Positions 11,981-25,200 of a DNA stretch of 64,000 bases are shown here, piece by piece. A program made the position numbers and the translations under genes. Positions within the stretch are counted from its first letter, which is position 1, and each line of letters begins with the position of its first letter. The notes beneath the pieces were generated by a model, which saw only the letters and a program-made list of their open reading frames with translations, was not told where the DNA came from and did no database searches. The stretch comes from Pseudovirgaria hyperparasitica (taxonomy: Eukaryota): the NCBI GenBank assembly GCA_010093815.1, contig ML996566.1. One strand, written 5' to 3'.

Positions 11981-14118
11981 ATGACCACCACCGACGTCGA
12001 GAAGGGTACTTCTCACGGGCTCACAAACAATACGGTTCACAGCTTTGCGTGGCAAGACATCACCGTCACTGTCAAAGATCGCGAAACAAAGAAGCCAAAA
12101 GTAACCGTCGACAAAGCTCATGGCATAGTCCAAGCAGGCGAGCTCCTCGCTGTGATGGGCCCGAGGTATGTCACACTCAGTCCCTGCTCGAGCAGCGCTG
12201 ACGATTCTGTACAGTGGTTGTGGGAAAACAACACTTCTCAACGTCCTGGCCCGTCGCACTGAGCTTCTCCAGGCAGACATCTGCGGCTGTACATACATTG
12301 ACGGCGAGGAAATCTCTCTGCAAGAGTTTCGAATCATCAGCAGCTATGTCGAGCAGGAAGATGTGCTGATTGGCTCACTTACTGTCAAAGAGACTCTCAA
12401 TTTCGCTGCAAGACTTGCGCTACCAAAGTAAGTAGGTCTCATCGTAATGTAGCTACTTATCCTGTATATTTATCTATGCCCGAGGGAGAGAATCTCGAGA
12501 AGACATACGCATCAGGCCAAGGACATGAGAGTACTTGCTCAAAGCTTGAGTGCCATAGTTTGATTTGTCCAGAGAACAGTGCTTATATCATACAGAAACG
12601 TTGGGAAGGCAGAACGCCTCCAACGAATTGAACATCTTCTCCGATCCTTCGGCCTATCTGCTCAATCTGGTAACTTGATTGGAACGCCAATACGGAAAGG
12701 CATCAGTGGAGGACAAAAACGTCGTGTTAGCGTTGCATCCCAATTGATCACAAGCCCAAAGATCCTGTTCCTCGATGAGCCTACGTCTGGTTTAGATTCT
12801 GCGGCCAGCTTTGAAGTCATCAACTTCGTCCGAGACCTTGCAAGAAAACACAAGGTAAAAAAACTTATACAGATATCTTCGCAGCAGGCTGATAATAACA
12901 CCACAGATCATCGTCATCGCAAGCATCCATCAACCGTCGACGAAGACGTTCACCTTATTCGATCAACTGCTTTTACTCTCCAGAGGCAAAGAGATCTATA
13001 ATGGCCCTGTCACAGCTGTCACGCAGTATTTCGTAAACCTTGGCCATGCCGTACCTCTTCACACAAACCCTGCCGAATTCCTCCTCGATCTGGTCAACAC
13101 TGATTTCGAAGCCCACGACCAGTCCTTGGAAAGAGAACTCGCATGTCTACAGAATCATTGGGACATGTCACCTGAGTCGGAGAGTATTACGCGAGAGATA
13201 CGCAGAATTGTATCGCCCAATAAGATTTCCAACCAGAAGCAACGTCATGCTTCTGCCGGTACTGCCACCATACTCCTCGCTCTCATGCACCGCGCCTTCA
13301 TAAAAAGCTACCGCGATGTCATCGCTTATGGCATTCGCGTTGCAATGTACATGGGCCTTGCCATAATGATGGGCACAGTCTGGCTTCGGCTCGGAACAGA
13401 CCAAGAGAATATCCAATCCTTCATCAACGCAATATTCTTCGGCGGAGCTTTCATGTCTTTCATGGCCGTTGCCTATATTCCCGCATTTCTTGAAGACCGC
13501 TCCATATACGTCAAGGAACGAGCAAACGGGCTCTACGGACCGACAGCGTTCATCATCTCGAACTTTGTGATAGGTATACCATACCTGTTTATAATCACAA
13601 TTCTTTTCTCTGTCGTCTCGTATTGGCTATCGAACTTTAGACCTACCCCTGGAGCATTCTTTACCTGGACTCTATATCTCTTCCTCGACTTAGTCGCCGC
13701 CGAGTCACTGGTCGTATTTATATCCAGCGTCAAGCCTATCTTCGTCGTTTCACTCGCGGCCACGGCCTTCGCGAACGGGCTGTGGATGAGTGTTGGTGGC
13801 TTTCTCGTCCCTCTAACAAGACTCAACGTCTTCTGGCGTTACGTGTTCTCGTATATCGATTACCAGCGTTGGGTGTTTGAAGGCATGATGGTCAACGAGT
13901 TCGCCACGCGCACATACAGCTGTATGTCTACGTCAACGGGGTGCAATTGCCTGTACCAAACAGACCTTGCAGATCAATGTCTCATCGATGGCAATGCCGT
14001 CCTGAAAAGATACGGTTATGCAACTGGAGAGCTTGGAAAGAGGGTTGGAATCATTCTTGGGATTACAGCTGGGTATCGTCTGCTCGGTTGGTTTGCACTG
14101 TATATCAGGCGCAAGTAG
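11981..14118 (+). CDS. ABCG (White-like) half-size ABC transporter, NBD-TMD
   Basis: Spliced Walker A GPSGCGKTT, Q-loop YVEQED, signature ISGGQKRR, Walker B LFLDEPTSGLD and SIHQP, followed by an ABC2 membrane domain (KERANGLY). Three GT-AG introns (~12166-12213, ~12428-12595, ~12854-12907). Confidence 0.93.
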
Positions 14119-16703
14119 TTCTGGAAACGAGAGGTGCGATGTAACATGACTACAAAGAGTTTGGCCTCGTCGTAGATAGGTAAGCGCCAGAAAGTTCTGT
14201 ATGGTCTGTTCATTCATCTACAACTGGGACTCATCATGTCCGATGTTCCAAGGCTTAGTATTGGAGAGTATTAGAAACGGACTTACCTGTTTGATGATGT
14301 ACGGCTTCTAGCTAGAATCATTATTGAGCCTCCGAGGCTTCAAGATATGGTCGTCACCCAAATAAATCTGCCTGACAACGATATCTCCCTTTCATACCTC
14401 TTCGCCACATTGCTAGATCGCGTTGCTAACTCCGTATCAACAAATCCAATTGTGCCATATAAAGTGTCAAGACAGCAAAGAGAATCGCAATCTAGCGGCC
14501 TTTCATCAACCTAATAGCACTAGTATCTTCCCATCTTACTTGGCGTGTACGTGCCGTAATCAGCGGTGGTCAGTGTCAACTATTAGTGAAAGATGTGGCG
14601 CGTTGCTGTCAGTGTCAAATTGCTGTCAGATGTCACTCCACGTCACGCCAGCGCCACTGGTCCTCGGCTTCGTTATATCCTGGAAGTCATACATAATTAC
14701 ATACATACATGCGTGCATATAAACATACATAATGTGATCTTTGAAACCGACAAAGCCATATTATGATAGTCTGCACTGACTACCTGTGCACACAAGAATA
14801 AGGTACTACTCTAATTAGTCAACCAATCGTTTATGCGCTAGCGCTCTTATTTCCTTTCCTGCGCCATCGGATACTAATAGCCGCCAGAGAGACACATCTT
14901 TTGCATCATCGATCAGACCCATATATTTTGCGCCAGAAGGATTCAGGATTCCATCCCGACCCTACACTAACCTAAGTGCATAAGAAACAGGCAGATTAAC
15001 TAATCTACCAAAGAAAAGAACAACAACATGGGACGGACTAAGAGAAATAAAAAGAGGCGGGCAAAAATACCAACTAGGCTGCTTGAGTAGGGCGATAGAA
15101 GAAAGAAAAATGAATGAAAATGGTTTAGTATTGAATTAATTGTGTATGGTTGTTCTATATGAAATCCTTCTTGCACCCACTACTAACCAAGCAACCCACC
15201 AACCCACCAGAAAGAACAAGATTGGGATATATCCACCAGTGACGTCTATATAGTACGATATAGCCCCGCCAAAAAGCAGTATAGTCGATCATCGCTTCTC
15301 TTTGATGATTTAAGGTGTCTACGTTCTACGTCTACAAAAAGCAACATCATGAAACCGCCAAGACATGGTGGTATAGACCCACCAGGCCGCAAAAACAAGG
15401 ATCAGGTCCCGGAACAAGCACAAGAACTCAAAAATAACGAAATCTATGCTATTAATTTGAGCTAAATGTACAGATTGTGTCTGTTGCATGTGTGGCGTTT
15501 CGGCAGATCGACTGCCGGCACAGTTGTTCTTTTTTCCTGCCGGCACAAGTTGTGCTTATGGATTTGCCGAGCGGGCTATTGTTTCAGGTTGCTTTTTCTG
15601 GGGGAGATGGGCTGGGCTGTTAACCATCTCGATAGCCGTCTCGATTCGGCAGTAGAGTGGGTGGGTGGTAGGGGAGGTGGAATTTCCCCGTTTGGTACAC
15701 CACGGGCGGGAGGCGGCAGGAAAGATGAAAGAGCGACCTGGTTCATGATTGAGGAGAAGAAAATTTCCGAGGTAGCGGACACGGCTTGCAAGTCATGGAA
15801 AGTTTGGATTCGAGGATGCTTAGTCTTCACTAAGTGGGTTTGGTCTAGACGAGTAAACGTGTCGTTTCAGGGGGAACGGTTTGGATGCGCCGTTGAGGAG
15901 TGGCGTAATGGAGGAACGTTCCGTATAAGATTGCTAGCTGTTATGGGAAGGGCGTGGTAATGGCGCGTTCTGGAAGTTGGGACGAATGATACTTGCTCTT
16001 GGCAGATGTGCGGTTGAGTGTTGTGCTAATCGTTATGTGAGAGGAGCGGTCATGAAAAGATAAGGGATACGAAGATAGAAGAATATCATAATTTGTACAA
16101 CCGCAGAACCGGGCGACCTTGAAGGTCGACACGGCCCCCGCAAAATAAGTTGTTGTGAAAAAAGGTATACAGAGGGTGTGTCATACATGGTGTACAAGTA
16201 ATGGAAAATGGAACTGTTGTCGAGTAATGGCTCGCAGCTTTCATCGTCCATATGATTCCGGAATATGTTCTTCTTCTTCTTCCGCCAATATTCGATTTGC
16301 GTCACTACGTTCTCGCGTAACGGCGTGCACGCTTGTGATTTCCGTCCAATCTTTCCCTTCAATCTGTTTCCTCTCTGAAAGCAAAAACGCCGCCTTTATA
16401 AACACATGGCTGATAGGTCGGTATAAGAACAACAGAGACGCAGAAAAGGCGGAGACTATATAGCAGGCATTTCGGGGGAGGAAAAGTCAGCATAAAGAAC
16501 ATCGTTCGCTCAGCACCTAAGAAGTGCTGGAAAAGGAACAGGAAAAGGAAGACAGAACAACGACAAGAAGCAGAATGAAGACACAAATAGCCAAAACAAT
16601 GTGTGTTGGGTATAGAAAGGTCCAGCCCGGGTCATAATCCCATTGGGGAGACCATCAACTCCAACGCCGTTCAAAAGATGTAAAAGTGTAAGAATGTTTG
16701 TGT

Positions 16704-19700
16704 CTAGAAGCAATTCAGGGTTCCCTTTTTCTTGTTCTTCTTGCTGCTGTTAATGACTGCCATGCGAGCCTCCAGATGAGCTCTCTCGGCTTCAACCCTC
16801 ATCCTCTTACTGCGCTCTTCCTCGACTGCTTGCAGTGAGTGTCGTGCATGCTCTCGCTCATTACGCATTTGGCCCATTTCCTCCTCGAGGCTTGAGCACT
16901 TCTTCCTCCAGCTCTCCATCTCGGACTTGACCTTTGTGCTACTGGACTCGAGGTCTGTGAGAGCCTCTTCTAGCGTTGCCGTCAGCTGCTTCTCGGCGAA
17001 GAGATGCTTCTCGATGGTCCTGATACGAGCTTCTTGGTCTTCCACAAGCTGCGCCTGGGCAATGTCCTTGCTCTGATGCCGGGACGTTGGCGGAGAAGGC
17101 AAAGGCGGAAATTGGCTGTTGGTCGGGCTCATCGGGGAGGTGTTGTTGCCAGGGAGTGGAGGAAGCGGAATAGCAGGAGGTGGCGATGGGAGCGATGAGG
17201 CCGTGGATTGCGACTTGCGAATGTTGGAGTTGGCTGAACCAGAGCGCTCAATGCCTTGTGGATCTACAGAGTTGCGCTGATTAATGCCGAGTTGAGCCTG
17301 GGGGATGTTAGTATCATGGCCACACATCAGAGAGCATCTGACACTCACCTCTAGAGCTGCAATCTTGACTCGTGACTCCTCCAACTCTCGCTCAATACCA
17401 GTCTTGGCATGTACCACTTCCTCAAGCTGTACGTTGCGCTCTGTCTGAAGCGCCGATAGTCTGTTGTTGGCGGCTTGATGTTGATCATAATTCGAACTCA
17501 GCTGATCTTCCAACTCTTCTACGAGTCGAGCCTTCTTCTGTTCTTCGGCACCCACGCGCTCGATTTCTTTCAGTAGCTCCTCGTTAATTCCCTTCAGTTC
17601 ATCGATCGAGCTTTCCATACCAAGCGCTCTCGCTTGGACCGATTCCAACTCGGCCCGTATAGTTAACAAGCTCTCCGATGCTTCAGTGTGTTGAGCTGTC
17701 AGGTCTCTTCTTGTAGAAACGAGATTCTCAACCTGAGATTGTAGCGTTTCCGCGTCGGTGTCCTCATTGAGAGCTGCTGACACTCCCTTGAGTAGAGTGA
17801 TCATCTGAGTTTGCGCAGCAGTGAGCTGCGCCTGAAGAGCCTCATTAGCACTTTGATGCTCCGTGTGACTCTTTGTGAGGTCACTTTGCAACGCTGCCGT
17901 GGCCTGCTCATGCTGGGCCAGTTGTGCAGCTAGACGCTCATTCGAATCCGTTTGAGCTTTAATCAATTGCTCGTTGAGCTGACTGACTTCTGCAGTGTGG
18001 GATATCTGCAGTTCATCGAGATTTGCCTGGCAACGAGACAACGTCGCCTTGTGTTCGTCAATCTGTCTCTCCAGGTTAGACACAAGGCTTCGATGCGTTT
18101 CCAGTTCTTTGGAAGTCAGCTCTCTAGCAGAAGAATCTTCCTCAACCTGCTTGAGAATACTGGTATGAGCATGCTCAAGCTCTTGGACACGAGCTGCGCT
18201 TTCAAGGGCTGACTGTTTATGCTCCTCAAGATTCTTTTGCAATGCCACAACCATTTCAGAATGCTGGTCTGTGTTACCCATAACACTTTCAGAGAGCTCT
18301 TGGTCCGCGCCGGTGGTGGCCTTAAGCTCTGCAACCTGAGCAGCGTGAAGTTGTTCAGAATCGTGCAATGACTTTTCGAGAGATTGTATCGTCTCGTTCA
18401 AATGAGCCTCGGAGGTCTTCATAGACTCCAATGCGGCAAGGTGCTTGGATTTCCATTCGAGAACCTCGGCTTGAAGAGCGGCGACCTGCTCGTTGTGCGC
18501 AGCGTCTGGGTGAGTATCCAAATCACGGGCCTCATCGTTCGTAGCAAGTGACTCTGGCTTCGATGCCAAGGATGCCTGCAAAGTCTCAATCTGGGTCTGT
18601 AACTCACGTTCGCGTACAGCATGGGTGTCTCGGAGTACCCGCATCTGGTTCTCACTCTCGACAAGTTGGTCACGCATCGAGGCAACCACAGATAGGTCGA
18701 GTGGTGATGATGCTTTGATACTGGATCTTTCACGGGTAAGTCCAGAGATGATTTGCATCTTGCCATCCATTTCTTTGCGCACAGAAGTAAGCTCTGTCTC
18801 CAGAGTCTGCACTCGCTCTGAACGTATATGAAGCTCCGTCATGACTGCATTGAGATTGATTTCGAAGTTTTGAACAACCTCAGGATTATCTTCGAAGTTC
18901 TCGAGGGCCATGTTGCGTAGTGATGCGATCGAACGTGTCGCGCGGTCATTGTTAAACCCTTGACTTGACTTTCGTCGAATGACCTGGGCAGGTGAGGATG
19001 GTCTCCCATTTGCTTGAGCCTTTTGCACTTCGCCCTTCAACTCTTGCACATAATCCAACATCTTTTTATGTTCGTCCTGAAGAAGGCCATACTGAGTGTT
19101 TAGCTCGTCCATATGGCTTTCTTTTTCGGTGTTGAGCTTTCGAAGCTCCTCGACCTCTTGAGCCAAGGCTATATCTTTCGCATTGCTGAGATTCTCAGTC
19201 GAATCCGGGAAAGCCCCGACAGGAACAGGTGTAGCCTGTCTTTCAACCTCTTCCTTACCCAAACCATTCTCAAGCTCCTGCGTAGGGCCTTCCTCAGTAA
19301 TATCCGAGACGGTCGTCTCGTCTACGTTGGATAAATTGGAAGACTCCCCAGCTGAGGACAACTCCGCAGATAACGTACGCGAAGATGAATGTTGTCCATC
19401 CTCTTCTTTCAGCCCATTCATCCCCGCATGCGCTAAAAAAGAATCTGGCCGGGATGACGTGACAGATTTGCTTGCACGACGCCCAACCCGAGCTTCTTCA
19501 ACAGCATCTTGAAGCTCGGCCAAGGTGTTTAGAGCAATTTGATATTTTCTTGTTAGCTCGTCGTAGTCATTGACTGTGCCTTCGTGTTCAACGCGAAGAT
19601 CAAAAAGCTCTTGGGTGACGTTCTCTAGCTTGTCTGCAACAAATTTTGATTGTGCGGTACTTTGGAGAGGCTCACTCAGCTCATCTACAGTCTTGAGTTG

Positions 19701-22229
19701 AGCTGGTCTGGTATTGCTGAAAATCTCGGCCTCTTCGTGCACTTCTTCGTCGAGGGTGCGTTGGGCCTCAAGTCCTGAATCGAAGCTCTTCTCGACGTCT
19801 TCTTCTTCATGGGACTTTACGCCATTAATATGGGTATCTTTATCAACTTCCGATTCCTCTGCGTGGCCATTGACCGGCAACCCATTATCCATTTTCGGGT
19901 CATTTTGACGAATATGATCGAGCTCATAAAGTAGGTTATCCAGCTTGCCAATACTACGTTGTCGTTCTACAACGTGTTCGAGTCGATCAATCTCACGTTG
20001 CATCATCTCATGGTCTTGCTCAGATTCGGCCAGTCGCTCTTCCAATGTCGATATATACTCCTCGCAACTCGACTCATTCTCCTTAGTTCGGGTAAGTTCC
20101 TTGCGAAGTTCCTGAATAATAGCAGAGCTCTTCTCTTCCCCTGAGGTGATGCCGTCTACGCGGGCCTCTAGATCGCGAAGATACTGTTCGCTACTAGCTT
20201 CGCGATCGAGAGCTTTCTGTATACGAGCGTGAAGTTGTTGCTGAACGGTTTCCATATATGCGATCTTTGTCTCCCGTTCGAGCAATGAACTCTCGCTGGA
20301 GGACAAGGACGATCGAGTCGTAGAAAGAGACGATTCCAGACTTTGGATAGTTTTCTCGTACTCCAGTACCACGGACTCAACAGCTTCGGCGAAAGAATTT
20401 GACCTCTTCAATCGCTCTAGCGCACTGTCACCAATGGCATCCTTGAGCATTGGCGTGTCTTCTGAGTCGTCTCTAGCTTTGGAGATTTCCGATATCAACT
20501 TCGCGTGACGTTGACTGAGGGCGTTATAGTTCTCCTGGATGTCCAGTAGTTGATTTTGCATGTCTTTTTCACGCTCATGTTGTCTCTCGGCCCGCTCCTG
20601 AGGAGCATTGTTGCGGCGCTCAGTCTTCTCCGAAAGCCGGATCTGGTCCCGGAGAAACGAGACTTCTGCTCTGAGACGATCAATAACGGCTTGTTTGTCG
20701 CCGTCTTCGTTGACCTGCTGTATTTGCGGTTTGCTCTGGATGGCGCGAGCTCTTTGTGCGTACTGAACAGTGTTCAGGGTTTCGCTCAAATGGAACTCCG
20801 CCGGATTAATACACGCAACCATATATGTAATAGCATTGCCGCCAAGTGAATCCTGGAGGAGGCGCGTGAGCTTCGAGTCTCGGTAGGATACATGAGAGCC
20901 GGCTGCGCGCGATGAGAGTTGAGAAATGACTTTACCCAAGCTAGCAAGTCCGGCGTTGATCGAGATACCCTCCCGAGCGCGCTCTCCATGCGCACCCGTA
21001 TTCTTGAGTCTTTCACTTCCTGCCAGATCCACGAAATGGAGCTTACTATCGACGGTCACCCAATTGTCTGATCCGCTCATCATTTCCAGAGGAACGGACC
21101 GTCGCTTCTCCTGCGCCGGGGTGGTTTGTGCCCTTTTCTGAACCAAGTTCAAGGTGAACACTGCGTGCGAACGGGACGATTTCGCATTCACCGCAGTCGA
21201 ATCAGTTTGTCGAATGGAGGATCCGAAGTTTAGGGCATTAATTAGATCCTCGACCGAATTGACGTTCTCTTGATGAAGTCCAGTCAATAGTATGTGCCCC
21301 TTTGCATCTTCACGAATTGTCACCTGCGCTCTTTCATTATGCGGCACTGTATCTGGCAGCAAGAGATCGCGTAGATGCTCGTTATAGATCTGTAATTTCG
21401 TTAGTTTCCAGTAATTGTCATACCATCTGCTAGCACAAACCTCCACGTATGAAGCCTTCATCTGCCAATTCTTCTCTTTGTTCGCGAGGCTCGAAAGTGG
21501 TTGCTGCGTGGAATACCGTGAGGGCGCACGGATTCCTGATGCTGACGCAGTCTTGCTATGGGCAGCTGCGCCCCCCGCAAGGTTCTGGAAAAGTGCAACT
21601 GCTGCACGCGGAATAACACCTGAAAGGTCTATGAGCGACATTCATACGAAATGATAATAGAGCATTTAACCCACCCATCGATGTTTGGTCTCCTTGCTCA
21701 GTGGAGCCTGTGGTCCCCATGGTGTACGACTTTCCAGCACCGGATTGTCCATACGCAAGTATAGAGACATTGTATCCCTGAATAAAAGAGTTTACGCTGT
21801 CGCTGAAATAGTCCCATATGCCTTCCTGGCCAGTGTTCTCGTTGAAGACCTGATCGAAGACGAAGAGTTTCTTTCCTTGCGCTGATTCGACAGCCAGGCT
21901 TGTTGGGGTTGTGGCTTGGCACGTTGATCCTCTAAATCGCTGCGGTATGAGTTCGTAGCCAGGATCATCTGGTTTGAGTGGTGGACGGACGCGCACAGCT
22001 ACAAGAGATGCATCGGTCAGCAAATATGCAAAGAGTAGAGCGAGCGGGAAAGCAACGCATACATACCGACTTTTACGGCGGTTTTGGCGTCTTCATCAGA
22101 AGCTCTGCTGCCGCCTGGTCTACTGCTGACGCTCATCCGACTTGAACTTCTGTTTGGACGTATCATGGCGCTCATGGGTCTGGAAACGCCTCCACCACCA
22201 CTGGCTGGTGAGCCGGGAGGAGAGGCCAT
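16704..22229 (-). CDS. Kinesin motor protein, kinesin-4-like, with long coiled-coil tail
   Basis: Motifs VAVRVRP, YGQSGAGKSYTM (P-loop), NAKSSRSHA, HFVDLAGSER, HVSYRDSKLTRLLQDSLGG and ETLNTVQYA. Four GT-AG introns. More than 1100 aa of heptad-rich tail. Confidence 0.93.
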
Positions 22230-25200
22230 GACGGCCAGCGAGCCAGAGAGGCCTGTGAAAGAATATTGGTAAATGAAATGGACTGTACGAGCAGCGTTTG
22301 GCGCGTGAAAGCGGTGTTGTGAGAGAAACAAGTTCAGTCACAATTGATGATGGACCCTGGAGTTGTTCCTGCAGGACGCAATGGCAGGCTTGGTAACCGG
22401 GAGGTGGGCGCGTTGCGTAGTATCAGATACGCGGTTACGACCGCCGTAACATGGCAACCGCTGAAGCAGTCGGAGAAGTAGCAAAGTGAATGAATATCAG
22501 AGGAGTATGATGATACTGGGAGGATGAGGCGTGAGTGAGCGCGACAAGTGAAAGGTCAGGGCGGAGAATTTTGGGCAGACGTAAACGTACACAAGACCGG
22601 GCACCACGGTGGGTAAGTAAGTGCTTTTTGGGCGGCGAGCCGGGAGCACCGTTCGTGGGCTGGCAAAAGTAAGAAGACCAAGCCAACGCGGGAGACATGG
22701 GGGGGCGCAACATGGGACATACACCTGTGCATACCATATACAGGCGTGATTATTTTATTTTGGGGGGGGGGAGGATAAGGGGCGGGCGCGACCGAGGAAC
22801 CAGCCAGCCTGCACGTTTTTAGCGTCAACTCTTCCCCTGACGGCCCCCCTCACTACTATTAGTTAGTCTGTTGGTCCAACTTACCTATTGTCACCAACTT
22901 CTTGCACACCAGTGACCATCCATGCTGCCCTTTTTCCCCATGCTTGATGAAAAGTGTTTGAAGCTCGTGCATACTACGCACCATCACATTCGTTAGCGCT
23001 ACTTACCACGCGTTCGCCGGTACGAAATCTCCCGGTCCGTATCGCTCTCTCTCTCATGCCATACCTCTCTTGCTGACCATCATCTGTAGTTCTTTTCTGT
23101 GCGCGATGCCTCATGTTGCCGTGACCAGGCGGCACATCACGGCCGTTTCCTCGGCCGCCTATCTACAAGGGTGTGCGGCAATTCCTGCGAGTGCTTCCAA
23201 CAATTGGACGAAGGAGCGAGCACGCACGCAGCAACGGTCTTGACATTCGGCAGCTGGGGCAGGACGGAGATATCAGGTTACCTACCACAGACCTCACAGT
23301 CTCGCGGACGCAAAGGCAAAGCAGGAGGCTTATGGGTTAGCAGCCACTTCCTATTGCAGGCTGTGGCGTTCCGACCAGCGCTTCGTGCAACCGACGGCGT
23401 AGTGGAGACGGGTTTTCAGGTCTGTTTACCAAGCCTATCAAACGAGTCAAGCGCGAGACGCCCGCGTCACGTCGCGTCGCCTCACAAAAGGAATCGGGCA
23501 TGATTCCGAGGTACAGTCGTGTCCGCTCATAAAATCATCACAGCTCTTGTTCGTATCATTAACACTGGGGTCACCTCTTGAGATCTCGATAACTCATCTG
23601 CGAAATGCAGTCGTGGCCGTCTCAAGGATTGAACGGCGTCGTGAGCCAAAATACGCGCCATTAGCTCCTGTCATTTCTTGGATCCTCTCTAGACTGAACT
23701 GGGCCTGCGACAGTCACTATCCCTTTTCGCTTAATTAGCAGCTCGTCCGTTACCGTTACACTTATTCTGCTTTTACTCTTCTGCTGCATATCACAGAGAC
23801 ACTGGAGTATTTGACATTCGCTAGGACAATATAGAGCATACACTCTTTCCAACTCTGAATAAACTTTTTCCTCACAGATGATGATGATAATTCACTTTAT
23901 GTCGGCCGTTGGGCTTCAGAGCACGACAACCGTGCCCAAAGATCTCGACCACTCTCCCCAGTTAATAATGGCACCGAGCGCGTGGAACGGCTATCAACGT
24001 TTCAACTAAAATGAACTAAGCATGTCACCATGTGCTAAGTCGCTTTGGGATCTGAAGCAACCCAGATTCGCAAACTTTCAGGACTATTTGTTTTAGGTTG
24101 TTATGGCTCTTGCTTCGTCGAAATCATCCCTACCAGTCTACATAAACGGACACGGGACAATGTTAATGCCAACTTGGTAAGCCTCACTCTTCCAGAAGAC
24201 TTAACGCGGAAGCTTTTGACCCCTGGAGACCTTGCCTATCTGAGTTCAGCCAACATCCCTCGCCCTAAAGACTGGTGGAACTCTCTTTTGACACTCCCTC
24301 ATCAACTCTTAAGCCATGCGTTTGGCGGCATCATCGTACTGAACGGAGCCTAAAAATATTCATCACACCTTTTGGAATCCTCACCCCTTCCCTGGCATAT
24401 GAGTGAGGGTGAGCTTACAGAGCACTAAATGTTGGATACTACAAGAAGGCCTTATTCTTGTCTCGTGAAAATCTCCTCAACAGGTATAACAACATCTGCA
24501 CGCATGAAATATCCATTTCAAAAGATGAAACCCAGTGGACTCGAGTTCTACATGCTTTGCACCGCGCATTCGGCGATGTTCGAACATACTTGACACTCTC
24601 TAATACCTGCAGGCATGTGGTCTCTCAGGGACAGCCTGAACAGCATGTGCTCGCCGTTGCAGTAAATGGCTTTGCGCGATCTTGCATGGGATTGACAATG
24701 CACAGGGTCAGTGTACATAAGAATCTTACAGTCGTCTTACCTGAAGTTGGCCTCCACTCAGAGGTACCACCAGTCTATTGATTAGGATCGTATGAAGAAT
24801 TTTCCACTGAAAACGCACCTACAAAGATCCCAATAGCTAATCATGCGGGCGAAACCAATCAAGTTGTCAATGGCAGGTCTCCATACGGCTAGAGCCTCGA
24901 TGCGATGCAGTATCATCACGGAGCCAGATGCAGATTCTTCCTAATGATTTACTTCCACGAATTGGATTGCACATTATCGCCGCAGAAGATCAACTACTTC
25001 ATTCATCGACAGCAGGAAGTTGCGCCATACGCTCACAACCACTTCCTCGGTGCCGCGGGGCTTTCGTTGCTGCCCTACGCGATCGGCTGGATACATGTCC
25101 ATTTTGATCAAACCTAAGTTCGCGGATATCGTTTAGTTCTCGAGCCGGACGTCCGACTGAGTTTAGCCATTGAGACTGTCAGGACTCCGCAGTGAAAAAT

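Noticed and set aside
15000..16700. ORFs 15466-15960 and neighbours
   Set aside because: No motifs. The composition fits a long kinesin 3' UTR or intergenic DNA.
23878..23960. ATGATGA as a possible snoRNA C box
   Set aside because: Part of a GAT triplet run, with no convincing D box, terminal stem or rRNA guide.
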